Positions 44,746 to 55,191 of a stretch of DNA of 64,000 nucleotides are shown in pieces; within the stretch, counting starts at the first letter, position 1, and every line of letters starts with the position of its first letter. Source of the stretch: Coriobacteriaceae bacterium. GTDB lineage: Bacteria > Actinomycetota > Coriobacteriia > Coriobacteriales > QAMH01. The translations under genes and the position numbers were made by a program. The notes under the pieces are model-generated. The model was not told the DNA's origin. It made no database searches and saw only the letters and a program-made list of their open reading frames with translations. The stretch is from the NCBI GenBank assembly GCA_025992705.1, contig DAJPGJ010000001.1:399264-463263 (forward strand), read 5' to 3'.

Positions 44746-46842
44746 TCAACCTCCCAGTGTTCCAAGGAAGCTGCCAACTGCCTCCCTGACTCGTGCATCG
44801 ATATCGTTGGGAACGGGCAGATATAGCTTGCCATCGCTGGTGCCGAGGCCTATGTCGGCAAGCGGAATCTCTGCAAGCTCGAGCCCGTACTCGTCTAGAA
44901 GTCCCGCGACTTCGGGGACGGCCTTGATGTCGTTGACGAGGGCGTTCATGTCGCCCGTGCTAACCGCTCCGTATATTTGCGCCATGTCCTTCATGCGTGC
45001 GAGAACCTGCGCAGCGCTACTCGATTCTCGTTCGAGTATGCGGGCCGTATTAACAAGCACTGGTTTGTACGTATCGAGGTCCGCCGGCTCGAGGCTTGCC
45101 GAGCTGAGCGCATTCTCAAAGGCCGAAACCGCACTATCCGAAAGCGTGGTGCCAATGAGGGGTATAGCCCCGAGGACCTTGCGAAAGCCGCCCTTGATTC
45201 CCTCCGTCGTGTTCGAATACGCCAGCAGCATGCTTGACCACGCCCCAAAGATTAGCTTGGCCGACCCGGAGACGAGACATTCCTGGGGGATGAGACCCTC
45301 GGCGACGCCAGAGATGACACTGCCTTGGTCGCTTGCCGCATCGGGGGCAAGTGTTGCGCCAGAGATTGCGATGCGTGCGGGCAATTCCGACTCGTTGCTA
45401 ACGAAGGGGATGGCGCTTGCTTGCACAGATGGCGCAAGCACTACGCAGATGCAGCCGTATCGTCCGGGTGGCTGGGGGTCGTATCGTTTGGCTGCGAGGG
45501 AATCGAGCGCTTCCGAAAGCCGCTCGCCAATTGACTCCTTCGCCTCATCAAGCGCCTGCTTTGCCTCTGCGCCATCGGAAAGCGCCTGGGCGTAGTCGCG
45601 CGAAGCTTCCACGAACTCCCGATAGTGATATTCAAACCCGTTGTTTATGGAAGTCGAGGCGCTTGGGACGCGTCCCAAGGTGGTTGCAGAGAACTTGCAT
45701 GTCGGGCAGCGTTCGACAGCGCCCGTATCGATTGCGCTCACCGCGGCCTGTCCCGAGCGAGTTCCCTCGACGCAGGTTGGGCATCTGGCGTATCCGTGCA
45801 AATAGCGCTTGTCGCCATTGACGGAGACGGGATAGATCGCACTCGTGTAGAGAACGGTTCCCCTGATCTGCTCCGTGTTCCTGGCGAGCTGTACGAGATG
45901 CGGTATCTCAGCTCCGTTTTCTCCGACCTCGATGTATCCTCGTCCCACTTCGTACTGGGCATAGGCGTAAAACTGCTTGCGGGCAACCGATTCGGCAATT
46001 GCCTCGGGTGAACCCGACGCGGCTTGTCCCGGTTCGGCAGCATAACGTGCGACGTAGTATGCCTTTGCTCGCTCAAGTCCCACCGAAAAAGTCCAGCGGT
46101 CAGGTGATGAGATGTAGGGGTTGCGCGCCTCCGAAATGTTCGAGAGCTTTCCAGCACGCTCGTACATGCTCATGCCGCTATTGCCGCAATCGGCTCGCCA
46201 CGCGCGCTCCTTGGCGGCATCTTCACGTTCTTGGGCCTCCTTCTGTCGCAAGCTCGCCTCTTGAATCGCGGGTTCTTTCGATTCAATCTCGGCTGCAGCC
46301 TCCTTGACCTTCTCGTTATCCGGGATTGAGACATCGATCCCTTGCGTGGGAGACGTGATGGCGATGCCTGCGTAGGGAATGCCACTTGCGTCTGCGTTGG
46401 CTTGCACGACCTGGGCGGCACGTACGGCACAGACGGCGGGAAGTGCCTTTTGCGCCGCGTCTAGCCCCTTGGCTGCCGTCTCGGCAAACTTGTCTCGGGC
46501 TTGAAGCACCTTCGAGCCCGTGTTTGCGATTTCAGCTGCAGCGCCCTGGCCACCGGGGATGAATGCGGCGACAGCCGAGACGGCATAGACCGTGAGGCCA
46601 AGCAGCGAAAGCGAGAGGGCGGTGGCATCGACAACCTGGGCGGCGGTCACAAACTCGGCAACCACGTTGTCTGCCGCAAGAGCCCCCGCATCGGCGACGT
46701 ATTGTATTTGCCCTGACTGCGCACCGACACTTATGCCTCTCGCGCAGGTAAACACCAAGGCACAGACAACGAGGAGCGCGATGGCAGCGGCGGGCGTGGT
46801 AAATCCACCCTCTCTACGCGTGAAGGACGGATGCTTGCTCAT
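44746..46842 (-). CDS. Large membrane-anchored protein of the Tad locus (698 aa), function unknown
   Basis: ATG 46842 forms an ATGA overlap with the upstream stop. One N-terminal TM segment and an internal CPTC...CPTC zinc-ribbon-like pair. Confidence 0.75.
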   Translation of the reverse strand: MSKHPSFTRREGGFTTPAAAIALLVVCALVFTCARGISVGAQSGQIQYVADAGALAADNVVAEFVTAAQVVDATALSLSLLGLTVYAVSAVAAFIPGGQGAAAEIANTGSKVLQARDKFAETAAKGLDAAQKALPAVCAVRAAQVVQANADASGIPYAGIAITSPTQGIDVSIPDNEKVKEAAAEIESKEPAIQEASLRQKEAQEREDAAKERAWRADCGNSGMSMYERAGKLSNISEARNPYISSPDRWTFSVGLERAKAYYVARYAAEPGQAASGSPEAIAESVARKQFYAYAQYEVGRGYIEVGENGAEIPHLVQLARNTEQIRGTVLYTSAIYPVSVNGDKRYLHGYARCPTCVEGTRSGQAAVSAIDTGAVERCPTCKFSATTLGRVPSASTSINNGFEYHYREFVEASRDYAQALSDGAEAKQALDEAKESIGERLSEALDSLAAKRYDPQPPGRYGCICVVLAPSVQASAIPFVSNESELPARIAISGATLAPDAASDQGSVISGVAEGLIPQECLVSGSAKLIFGAWSSMLLAYSNTTEGIKGGFRKVLGAIPLIGTTLSDSAVSAFENALSSASLEPADLDTYKPVLVNTARILERESSSAAQVLARMKDMAQIYGAVSTGDMNALVNDIKAVPEVAGLLDEYGLELAEIPLADIGLGTSDGKLYLPVPNDIDARVREAVGSFLGTLGG

Positions 46843-47312
46843 TCCCATTTTCCGATCCAATCCGAAGGGTCGTACCCCTGCTCGCTAACCCAATTGGGGG
46901 TGGGCGAGCAGGAAAGCTCCACGTGCTGAATGACGGCACCGTTCTCGTCGACAGCGTTTGTGAGCCCAGCGAGGATTCCAAAGAGCGGAAGCGGCTGCAC
47001 ATGGTTCTCGATGCTGGTCTGCGCCGTTCCATCATCCGAGCATGACCAGGCGATGTTCCAGGTCTCATCGGCGTGGAAGATCGGGACTTTTGGTATCGCC
47101 TCAAGTCGATGCTCGATATAGGCGCGCGTGCTTGCGTCATCGCCCGAACTCGTTGCGACGAGGCGGCAGGCTTCCGCGGCCGCAGTGTTCATGATGCAGC
47201 GGTTGTAGAGCAAGATGGCTGGCTGCAGCAGCAGGCCGAACACCACGAAGAGTACGGGCAACAACACGGCCGCCTCGACGGTCGACTGTCCCGATTCAGA
47301 ACAAGAGCGCAT
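46839..47312 (-). CDS. tadE: TadE/TadG-like pilus assembly protein
   Basis: 157 aa with the motif GQSTVEAAVLLPVLFVVFG. Confidence 0.75.
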   Translation of the reverse strand: MRSCSESGQSTVEAAVLLPVLFVVFGLLLQPAILLYNRCIMNTAAAEACRLVATSSGDDASTRAYIEHRLEAIPKVPIFHADETWNIAWSCSDDGTAQTSIENHVQPLPLFGILAGLTNAVDENGAVIQHVELSCSPTPNWVSEQGYDPSDWIGKWE

Positions 47313-47496
47313 CGAAAACCCCTTCTACGCATCCAAGCGCATGCGAAGCGCTTGCCTGAATGAGAGAGCTCAAGCCGCCTGTCGCGATGAAGCGCCAGAG
47401 GGTTGCGAGTGCACCCATGAGCGCAATGAACGTAAGCCCGACGATGAGGTATTCGACCGATGCCTGCCCGCTCTCATGCAATCGTTTGCGCATCAC
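47296..47496 (-). CDS. Second Flp-like pilin / pseudopilin (66 aa)
   Basis: SGQASVEYLIVGLTFIALMG carries the G-x4-EY prepilin motif. 4-nt overlap with the flp stop. Confidence 0.6.
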   Translation of the reverse strand: MMRKRLHESGQASVEYLIVGLTFIALMGALATLWRFIATGGLSSLIQASASHALGCVEGVFDALLF

Positions 47497-47699
47497 AGAC
47501 CGTTGATTCCACTCGAGATTGCATCCCAGAGCTCGCCAATGCGGTCACGAAACGCCGCGATTGCAATCATGGCGATGACGGCAAGCACGCCGACAAGAAT
47601 TGCGTACTCGGTTGTGCCTTGGCCTTTCTCAGGCAACGTCTTGATTCTTGCCGTTGCCTTGATATAGGCGCCTAATGCACGGTTTTTGATCTTTTGCAT
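47493..47699 (-). CDS. flp: Flp-family type IVb pilin
   Basis: 68 aa with RBS AAGGAG. Motif GQGTTEYAILVGVLAVIAMIAIAAF. Confidence 0.85.
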   Translation of the reverse strand: MQKIKNRALGAYIKATARIKTLPEKGQGTTEYAILVGVLAVIAMIAIAAFRDRIGELWDAISSGINGL

Positions 47700-47719
47700 G
47701 ATGTTCTCCTTGCTCTCTT

Positions 47720-48463
47720 CTAGAAACCTGTCTGGACAAATTGGAGAAGCACCGGCCCCATGACCAAGATGAGCATGGCGGGCAGAATGCATATTCCCGT
47801 TGGAATGAGAAGCTTGACTGGCGCCTTTGCAATCTGGCGTTCGATGGCGGCACGTCTTTGCTGTCGAACGTCGGCGGAGAAGCGCCCCAGCATGTCGGCG
47901 AGTGGGGAACCGTGGTGGATGGCCTGCAGGGACGTCTCGGAGAAGCGTTTGAGTGCTTTCGAGTCGATGCGGGACGAGAGCGCGGCCAGGGCCTCCTTGC
48001 GCGAAGCCAATCCGCTCTTCCATTCGAGTTGTGTCTCGCGCATGTGATAAGCGAGCGCGTTATCGAATTTGGCGCAGTACAAGTCGAGCGCCGCATCGAA
48101 GGACAGGCCGGCACGCACGCCCATGGCGACAATGTCTGCCATCACGTCGACCTGCTCGTCGCAGGCGCTGCGTAGCTCGCGTGCCCGTCGTGCGTCGAGC
48201 ATGGTAGGCGCGCGACGCGAGAGCACATAGGCGAGGACGATGCAGGGCACGAGCAACCCGAGAGATGTGGCGTAGGAGATGACGATGCCTGCGCCGCAAA
48301 ACACCAGAAAGCTCAGGGTGGGATCACGCAGAATGTCTTCGATGCTCACGGCTCGCTGTGGTTGTGCCACGAGCTTGATACGCGTCCAGGCAAGCCGCAC
48401 GCAGAGGCATGCGCACGCGCAGGCGAGCAGGCATGCAGAGAGTCGAAGCAGGACGGCAAGCAT
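47720..48463 (-). CDS. tadC: TadC-like type II secretion system F-family membrane protein
   Basis: 247 aa with T2SSF-type layout; the gene abuts tadB. Confidence 0.8.
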   Translation of the reverse strand: MLAVLLRLSACLLACACACLCVRLAWTRIKLVAQPQRAVSIEDILRDPTLSFLVFCGAGIVISYATSLGLLVPCIVLAYVLSRRAPTMLDARRARELRSACDEQVDVMADIVAMGVRAGLSFDAALDLYCAKFDNALAYHMRETQLEWKSGLASRKEALAALSSRIDSKALKRFSETSLQAIHHGSPLADMLGRFSADVRQQRRAAIERQIAKAPVKLLIPTGICILPAMLILVMGPVLLQFVQTGF

Positions 48464-49237
48464 CTATACCATCTCCTCGAGATCGACCGTGAAGTCGATG
48501 GCAAGCGCACGTCGCACGAGGAGTATGCCTGTCGCCTCGAGCAACATCGCAAGCGCGAAAAGGCATATGCCAAGCGGGGATGCGAGAAATCCCGTCAGAT
48601 ATCCAGGCGAGAAGACCGAGAGAATGCCGAGCAGCGCAAAGGGCATGAGGGCGACGATGCGGCTCGATAGACGTCCCTGTGCGGTCTTGGTGCGCAGATC
48701 TTCCTTGAGTTCTGCGGCTTGCTGGAGCAACGCCGAGACGTTTTGGAGTATGGTCGTGAGGCTGCCGCCGGACTGATGCTGAATCTCCATGGCGACGGCC
48801 AGGTACGCGAACTCCGAACCGCCTGTTCGGCCACGCAGCTTCTCGAGCGCCTCGTCGAAGCCCTGGCCAGATTCGAGATCCCAGACCGTGCGCTTGAGTT
48901 CGCCGGCGAGGGGCTCGTCGCAGTTGTCCGCCGCGTAGCGCAGCGCCATGACGAGCGATGACCCTGAGTCGAGCGCGATGCAGAGCAGGCGCAGAAGCTC
49001 GGGCATGCCCTTCTGCAACTCTTCGGCACGCTTCTTTTCACGGGCTTTTCCCAGGATGGGAGCCAGCAGTTTGGTCGAGGCGATGCGGCTTTTGGCACCC
49101 TCGAGCACGAGCCGCCTGTCAACGTGCGCGAGCGGCAGGGTACGCCGCAGATGCGCGAGCAAAGGCACGGCTTTCCGGACGCAAAGGAAAGCTGCGATCA
49201 TGCTTGCGATCAGCAGCATCGCACTGATTGCACCCAT
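48464..49237 (-). CDS. tadB: TadB-like type II secretion system F-family membrane protein
   Basis: About 257 aa from ATG 49237. The track ORF starting at 49363 is probably too long. Confidence 0.75.
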   Translation of the reverse strand: MGAISAMLLIASMIAAFLCVRKAVPLLAHLRRTLPLAHVDRRLVLEGAKSRIASTKLLAPILGKAREKKRAEELQKGMPELLRLLCIALDSGSSLVMALRYAADNCDEPLAGELKRTVWDLESGQGFDEALEKLRGRTGGSEFAYLAVAMEIQHQSGGSLTTILQNVSALLQQAAELKEDLRTKTAQGRLSSRIVALMPFALLGILSVFSPGYLTGFLASPLGICLFALAMLLEATGILLVRRALAIDFTVDLEEMV

Positions 49238-50541
49238 TGCGCCACCTCCTCTTCGCCCGCAACATCCATGAAGGGAAGCTCCTCGATCCATGCAGGCAAA
49301 TCGCTCCATTCGTAGCGCTGCATGCGTCGGTCCCAGTGCACGACTGGCGTGAAGCGTTGGCATTTGCGTGCAGATCCGGTGTCTCTGCCGCGCATGGCAA
49401 TTTGCGTGATGCGGCGCTTGCCGCCCGAGAGACGGTCCTGTTGCACGATGAGGTCGAGTGCCGATGCGACCTGCTCCTCGATGATTTCGACGGGGAGGTC
49501 CATGCCATAGCGAACCATCATCACGAGGCGCGGGATGACCTCGGCGGGCGAGTTGGCATGCAGGGTCGTGAGCGATCCGTCATGCCCCGTATTCATGGCC
49601 TGCAGCATGTCAAGCGCTTCGGCACCGCGACACTCGCCAACGATGATGCGGTCAGGGCGCATGCGCAGCGCATTGGTGACGAGGTCGCGTATGGTGACCA
49701 TGCCACGGCCTTCAGCGTTGGCAAGCCGCGCTTCGAGCCGGACGACGTGTGGGTGCTGGTCGAACCTGAGCTCGGCGCTATCTTCGATCGTGATGACGCG
49801 CTCCTCGTAGGGGATGAGGCGCGAAAGTGCGTTGAGCAGCGTTGTTTTGCCGCCGCCCGTGCCGCCCGAGACAGCGATGTTCTTGCGCGCGCGTATGGCC
49901 CAGGCAAGCAGCTGCGCCATCTCTGGCGTAAGCGCATCCAGCCCGACAAGCTCGTCAAGCGTGAAGGAGCGCTTGCGGAACTTGCGTATGGTAAGCGTGC
50001 TTCCGCTCATCGAGAGGGGAGGGATGACGACGTTGACGCGGTGCCCTTCTGGAAGGCGGGCGTTCACGAGAGGGCACTGCTCGTCGACGCGCCTGCCGAG
50101 TGGCGAGACGATACGGTCGATGACGAGACGCAGCTGCTCTTCGGAATCGTAGCGCTCGCTGCTCTTGCATACGATGCCGTCGCGTTCGAAGAAGACGGAG
50201 TGAGGCCCGTTGACCATGATCTCGGTAATCGAGTCGTCTTTGAGCATCTTCTCGATGGGACCCAGGCCGAGCACCATGTCGAGCGTGCGCTCGATGAGGA
50301 CGGCACGATCGATGTCGCTCATGGGTGCGAAATCATGCGCGCTCAGAATCTGCTCGATGCAGACGGCGAGCTCCTGTCGCGCATGCTCGCGTCCCTGGTT
50401 CAGAAGCTGCGCGATGCGTTCGCTCGGGACTTCGCGGTACAGCAACTCGCGTAGGTGCGCGTGAATCTTCTCGGAGACTGCGCCCAGCGCCTCGTCTGCC
50501 GCAGTTTGCGGACTTTGCCGTATGTAATCGCCGAGTTTCAT
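49210..50541 (-). CDS. tadA: CpaF/TadA-family secretion ATPase
   Basis: 443 aa. Walker [17 protein letters not shown] and Asp/His boxes ([21 protein letters not shown]). Confidence 0.9.
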   Translation of the reverse strand: MKLGDYIRQSPQTAADEALGAVSEKIHAHLRELLYREVPSERIAQLLNQGREHARQELAVCIEQILSAHDFAPMSDIDRAVLIERTLDMVLGLGPIEKMLKDDSITEIMVNGPHSVFFERDGIVCKSSERYDSEEQLRLVIDRIVSPLGRRVDEQCPLVNARLPEGHRVNVVIPPLSMSGSTLTIRKFRKRSFTLDELVGLDALTPEMAQLLAWAIRARKNIAVSGGTGGGKTTLLNALSRLIPYEERVITIEDSAELRFDQHPHVVRLEARLANAEGRGMVTIRDLVTNALRMRPDRIIVGECRGAEALDMLQAMNTGHDGSLTTLHANSPAEVIPRLVMMVRYGMDLPVEIIEEQVASALDLIVQQDRLSGGKRRITQIAMRGRDTGSARKCQRFTPVVHWDRRMQRYEWSDLPAWIEELPFMDVAGEEEVAQWVQSVRCC

Positions 50542-51329
50542 GCGAAGAATCGCCTCGTCTTCCTGCGCTCGGTGGGCGAGAACTCGACGCCAATGCGGGG
50601 GAGGAGCCTGGCGAGAAGCTGTTCGACATCGGGCACGGGCGCCGCTGCGTCTTCGATGAGCTCCTCGATGCGCTTCATGCCAACGAATGCTTCGACCGAT
50701 GCCTTGCCGTCCGCGAGCCTGAAGAGCTCATCGCAGCCGAGCGAGCCTTCGATGCGGTCTATCTCGCTGCGGGGGATTCCCGAGGCACGGTTGAAGACGT
50801 GCGCGATGCGCGCGAGGGGGATGCCGAGACGCTGGCAGAGCTCGAGTGCCTTGATGGCGCCGTATGCCGATGCCCTGCGCTGGTCCATGACGAGCAGCAC
50901 AAGCTCGGAATTGCACAGGAGCTCGCCCGTGAGCCCCGACCAGAATTGCCCGGTATCGGCGATGATGAGATCATAGTTTGCCCGGGCGTTTTCGACGACG
51001 CGGGCCACCGCATCCGATACCTCCTCGGCGACCTCGGGCAAGACGGGTGCTTTGAAAAGGTCGAGTTGTGCCGAGATGGGGACGGGAATGCAACCTTCGC
51101 CCTGCGCGAGCGAGGAGAGCTTGACATCGAGGCCGAGCCAGAAGCCCATGTCGCCGAATTGCAGGTCACCCTCGACGATGGCGGTCTTGATGCCATGTGC
51201 CGCTGTTAGGTGGCCGATGATGAGCGCAATTGTGCTCTTGCCAACGCCGCCGCTTGCCGATACGAGCGTGATGAGCGGAGCACGTCGCGTGCCCTGCGCG
51301 GAATATGTGCTGGATACCATGTCTCTCAT
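50538..51329 (-). CDS. tadZ: TadZ/CpaE-like ParA/MinD-type ATPase
   Basis: 263 aa with the deviant Walker A SASGGVGKST. ATGA overlap with tadA. Confidence 0.75.
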   Translation of the reverse strand: MRDMVSSTYSAQGTRRAPLITLVSASGGVGKSTIALIIGHLTAAHGIKTAIVEGDLQFGDMGFWLGLDVKLSSLAQGEGCIPVPISAQLDLFKAPVLPEVAEEVSDAVARVVENARANYDLIIADTGQFWSGLTGELLCNSELVLLVMDQRRASAYGAIKALELCQRLGIPLARIAHVFNRASGIPRSEIDRIEGSLGCDELFRLADGKASVEAFVGMKRIEELIEDAAAPVPDVEQLLARLLPRIGVEFSPTERRKTRRFFA

Positions 51330-51330
51330 G

Positions 51331-51990
51331 TCAGTCCCCCTGGTTTGCCGCGCTGTTGCCAGGTAGGACGAAGTGGATGGTTCCCTTCGAGGCTGCTGCG
51401 ATGAGGTCGCTCACGCTCGAGGGTTTGACGGCAAGTGTGACCCAGGAGATTTGCTTCTCTTTGCTGTCTTCGAGCGTGCTCGTTTCAAGGACGAGGATAT
51501 GCTCGCCGAGCATCGTGATCTCTCCTGACGAGGCTTCAACGTAGACGTCCACAACCGAACCGGCGCGTATCGCACCACCTACTGCGAGCACGTCATCGGA
51601 TGCGACGCTTGCAGCTGCCAGGCCGTCTGGCACGGTGATGCGCGATGAGCCATCACCGACACGCTCGAGCAGCACGGGCTCGTTCACGCGAATCTCCGTC
51701 TGCGCGACGAGGCCCTGAAGCTCCTCGTAGCTCTGTGCCGCTTGCCCCTGGGGCAGAAAATCGACCAGCCATTCCTGCACGCTCGTGTTGGACTCGTCGA
51801 TGGTGCCGCCGATGGGAATCGTCTTGTTCGCCACGAGGACTTCGGCGCGCTCCCCGCCGTAGCTGCGAATCGCCGACGCACGTGCCATGGACGCCTCGGA
51901 CTGAATCGTTGCCGTATAGGCAAATACGCAGAGTGCGGCGATAATGCCACATGCTCCTGCGATGAGCGCCTGTTTTCGTTGCTTGGTCAT
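51331..51990 (-). CDS. cpaB: CpaB/RcpC-like Flp pilus assembly protein
   Basis: 219 aa from ATG 51990 with RBS GGAGGAGAG. One N-terminal TM segment followed by a SAF-like region. Confidence 0.7.
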   Translation of the reverse strand: MTKQRKQALIAGACGIIAALCVFAYTATIQSEASMARASAIRSYGGERAEVLVANKTIPIGGTIDESNTSVQEWLVDFLPQGQAAQSYEELQGLVAQTEIRVNEPVLLERVGDGSSRITVPDGLAAASVASDDVLAVGGAIRAGSVVDVYVEASSGEITMLGEHILVLETSTLEDSKEKQISWVTLAVKPSSVSDLIAAASKGTIHFVLPGNSAANQGD

Positions 51991-52144
51991 CTCTCCTCCG
52001 AAGCCTTCGGTTTTGGAGACATGACTATGCGACGGATGGCACCGAGCCAACCACCCCGACAATCTGTACGTTTTCGGACTAAATCAGGAGCAATCCCGGA
52101 CTGATTCCAGAGCAACTTCCGAAACCCCGAGGTAGCGGACGCCC

Positions 52145-52211
52145 TGCCATTTCGAGCGGGCGGATGCCCCCTCTGTCATTTCGAGCGGGGCGAAGCGGAG
52201 TCGAGAAATCT
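52145..52211 (+). repeat. Type B repeat, 1 partial plus 1 full copy
   Basis: TGCCATTTCGAGCGGG at 52145-52160 and TGTCATTTCGAGCGGGGCGAAGCGGAGTCGAGAAATCT at 52174-52211. Confidence 0.9.
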
Positions 52212-52218
52212 CCTCGCT

Positions 52219-52884
52219 CTATAGATGTCTGATGATGTTACGGAACTCTTCCTCGGCATCGCTCTTGGTTGCGGCGATGATGGTCTCGCCCGGATACAGC
52301 ACCGTATCGCCCGTGATCATCACGAACTCGTCATCGCGAATGACGGCGATGAGCTGCGTATCGTGCGAGAAGGGGATGTCGGCCACGCGCACGCCGCCCT
52401 TGTGGCGCATCTTGGCGGGCAGCTTCGTCTCGACCATCACGATGTCACCCTCGCGCAGCGAGAACACCATGCGCATATCGCCGACGATGGCCTCCTCCTC
52501 GACCATGCGCGCAATGAGCTCGGTCGACGAAACGGGCTCGATGCCCACCTCGTGGAAGATACGGCCGTTCTTGGGGTTGTTGACGTTCGCGATGCAGCGC
52601 GGCACGTTGAACGCGGTCATGGCGATCTCGCAAGCCACGAGATTCGTCTCGTCATGGCCCATGAGCGCGACGAAGAGGTCGGCGTCATCGACACCGGCGT
52701 CGAGCTGCACGGCAGAATCGGTGCCGTCGCCTTCGATGATGAGCACCTCGGGCGGCAGGGTGTCGGCAAGGTGATCGATGGTTTCGCGGTCTTCTTCGAT
52801 GAGGGTGATGCGGTGGTTTTGCTCAAGCATCATCGAGATGAGGTACTCTGCCGTGGTTGACCCACCGCTAATGACGATGAACAT
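52219..52884 (-). CDS. TrkA-family potassium uptake protein (NAD-binding)
   Basis: 221 aa from ATG 52884 (MFIVISGGSTTAEYL...). Confidence 0.8.
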   Translation of the reverse strand: MFIVISGGSTTAEYLISMMLEQNHRITLIEEDRETIDHLADTLPPEVLIIEGDGTDSAVQLDAGVDDADLFVALMGHDETNLVACEIAMTAFNVPRCIANVNNPKNGRIFHEVGIEPVSSTELIARMVEEEAIVGDMRMVFSLREGDIVMVETKLPAKMRHKGGVRVADIPFSHDTQLIAVIRDDEFVMITGDTVLYPGETIIAATKSDAEEEFRNIIRHL

Positions 52885-52888
52885 GCGA

Positions 52889-53533
52889 TCAGCTCCTGAT
52901 AAAGCGCGAAAGACGGCCGAAGTCCTCGCGGGCGACGCAAACGATGGCCACGTCGCCATCATGCAGAATCGTATCCTGCGAGGGGAGGATGGTTTCGTCG
53001 TCATGCTCGACGGCGACGACGCGCGCATCGTAGTCCTTCTCGAGCTCGCTGCATGACATGGTGGTGTCATCTTCGAGGTTGAAGGCAAAGCGTGCTAGCT
53101 CGTAACTGCCGAAGGTGTCGATGTGATGGCCATGGCCCGACTGGATTTTCGAGAAGATCTCCTCGGCTACGAGCGTTGTTCCGCAGGCGAAGTCAATGCC
53201 AAGCTGCGCATAGGTCTTCTCGCGACGCGCCTCGTAGAGACGCGTGATGACATGCGGGACCTCATAGATGCGTCGTGCAACCTCCGCGATCATGAGATTG
53301 GCATTATCGTTGCTCGTGACGGCGGCAATGACGTCAGCTTCGTCGATGCCGGCGTCCATGAGGGCGCTCTCGTCGAAGCCGATACCGCGCACGATGCGGC
53401 CGTTGAAGTCGCGTCCGAGGTTCTTGAACGCATCGGCGGCGCGGTCTATGACCGAGACGTTATGCCCGTCTTCGGAAAGCAGCGTCGCCAAATGGCTTCC
53501 CACGCGGCCGCAGCCCACGACGATAATGTTCAT
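52889..53533 (-). CDS. TrkA-family potassium uptake protein (NAD-binding)
   Basis: 214 aa with the Rossmann motif MNIIVVGCGRVGSHLA. Confidence 0.85.
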   Translation of the reverse strand: MNIIVVGCGRVGSHLATLLSEDGHNVSVIDRAADAFKNLGRDFNGRIVRGIGFDESALMDAGIDEADVIAAVTSNDNANLMIAEVARRIYEVPHVITRLYEARREKTYAQLGIDFACGTTLVAEEIFSKIQSGHGHHIDTFGSYELARFAFNLEDDTTMSCSELEKDYDARVVAVEHDDETILPSQDTILHDGDVAIVCVAREDFGRLSRFIRS

Positions 53534-53549
53534 GACGCGCTCCTTCGTT

Positions 53550-54821
53550 CTACTGCGCGGCTATCACGTCACAGCCCATGTACGGACGCAGTGCCTCGGG
53601 AACCGTGATGGTGCCATCGGCGTTCTGGTAGTTCTCGATGATGGCGGCCATCGTGCGCCCGACGGCAAGGCCGCTGCCGTTGAGCGTGTGTGCGAAGTGC
53701 TTCTTGCCGTTCTCGTCGGTGAACTTGATATTGGCGCGACGTGCCTGGAAGTCTCCGCAATTGCTGCAGCTCGAAATCTCCTTGTAGGCGCCGTAGCTCG
53801 GCAACCACACCTCGAGGTCGTAGGTCTGGCGGGCCGAGAAACCGAGGTCGCCCGTGCACAGGCTGATGACGCGATAGGGAAGGCCCAGCTCCTGCAGGAT
53901 CTTCTCCGCGCAGGAGGTCATGTTCTCGAGCTCGGCGTCGGATTCGTCCGGCTTGGCGAAGCGTACCATCTCGACCTTGTCGAACTGGTGCACGCGAATG
54001 ATGCCGCGCGTGTCGCGACCGGCGCTGCCCGCCTCCTCGCGGAAGCATGGCGTGTATGCGCAGTAGCGGATGGGCAGTTCCGCGCCGTCGAGCACCTCGT
54101 TGGCATGCAGGTTGGTGAGCATGACCTCGGCCGTGGGGATGAGGTAGAGCCCCTCGGTCGTCTTGAAGAGGTCTTCCTCGAACTTGGGCAACTGGCCCGT
54201 GCCGGTGAGGGTCTCCTTGTTCGCGAGCGCGGGAACCCACCACTCGGTCGACCCCCACTTGATGTGCTCGTTGAGCATGAAGTTGATGAGCGAGCGCTCG
54301 AGGCGGGCACCGGCACCATGCAGTGCGTAGAAGCGCGCGTGGGCGAGCTTCACGCCACGCTCGAAGTCGATGATGCCGAGCTCAGGGCCGAGGTCCCAAT
54401 GCGCCTTGGCCTCGAAGTCGAACTCGCGCGGCGTGCCCCAGCGGCGTACCTCGGGATTATCGTCCTCGTCATCGCCGATGGGCGTGTTGGGGCCGGGAAT
54501 GTTGGGAATGGAATAGGTGAGGCCGTTGAGCTCTTCCTCGATAGCCACGAGGGCGCCATCAAGATTGTTGATCTCGTCACCGACGTCGCGCATGCGAATC
54601 TTGGCGTTTTCGGCCTCTTCGGCGTTGCCCTCCTTGAGCATGACGCCAATCTGCTTGGAGACGGTGTTGCGCTCGGCTTTGAGGGACTCGACCTTCTGGA
54701 TGATTTCGCGGCGTTCTTCATCGAGGCGACGGAACTCGTCGTAATCCCATTTTGCATGGCGATTCTTCAGAGCCTCTTCGATGGCGTCGGGGTTCTCGCG
54801 AATGAAGCGAATGTCGAGCAT
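53550..54821 (-). CDS. serS: Seryl-tRNA synthetase
   Basis: 423 aa. SerS-type N-terminus [11 protein letters not shown] and class II core motifs. Confidence 0.9.
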   Translation of the reverse strand: MLDIRFIRENPDAIEEALKNRHAKWDYDEFRRLDEERREIIQKVESLKAERNTVSKQIGVMLKEGNAEEAENAKIRMRDVGDEINNLDGALVAIEEELNGLTYSIPNIPGPNTPIGDDEDDNPEVRRWGTPREFDFEAKAHWDLGPELGIIDFERGVKLAHARFYALHGAGARLERSLINFMLNEHIKWGSTEWWVPALANKETLTGTGQLPKFEEDLFKTTEGLYLIPTAEVMLTNLHANEVLDGAELPIRYCAYTPCFREEAGSAGRDTRGIIRVHQFDKVEMVRFAKPDESDAELENMTSCAEKILQELGLPYRVISLCTGDLGFSARQTYDLEVWLPSYGAYKEISSCSNCGDFQARRANIKFTDENGKKHFAHTLNGSGLAVGRTMAAIIENYQNADGTITVPEALRPYMGCDVIAAQ

Positions 54822-54936
54822 TGTTCCTCCTGTGCGTGCGCGCGTTGTGCCGTTCGAAATGTGTTGCGAGCAAGTATACCTCTCACGGCGCGTTTTGCGG
54901 TACCATGCGACCCGTGACTTTTAGCTGGGAGAGAGC

Positions 54937-55134
54937 ATGTTCGACGAATACTTCGCATACTTTGGTTTGACGGGGGGCGTTCTCCTCATCATTGGCGTTG
55001 GCCTGCTCCTCTTTCTGCTGATTGCCATCATTCTCGAGCGTCGAACCAAGTTGCTCTTCCCCGAGCGGCATAAGCCCGCGTCAAAGTCAGATGACGATTT
55101 TCTGTCCTTTGACGATGACGAGGACGAAGACTAA
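54937..55134 (+). CDS. Small membrane protein with an acidic tail (65 aa)
   Basis: One TM segment and a C-terminal DDDFLSFDDDEDED. Confidence 0.4.
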   Translation: MFDEYFAYFGLTGGVLLIIGVGLLLFLLIAIILERRTKLLFPERHKPASKSDDDFLSFDDDEDED

Positions 55135-55191
55135 GTCTACGGGTACACTTAGCCCGATTCGTACGTGACGATCCAAGCAAGGGAGCACGAC

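Noticed and set aside
54822-54936. A T-box leader upstream of serS
   Set aside because: Only about 115 nt are available and there is no T-box consensus (AANNNGGGUGGNACCGCG-like).
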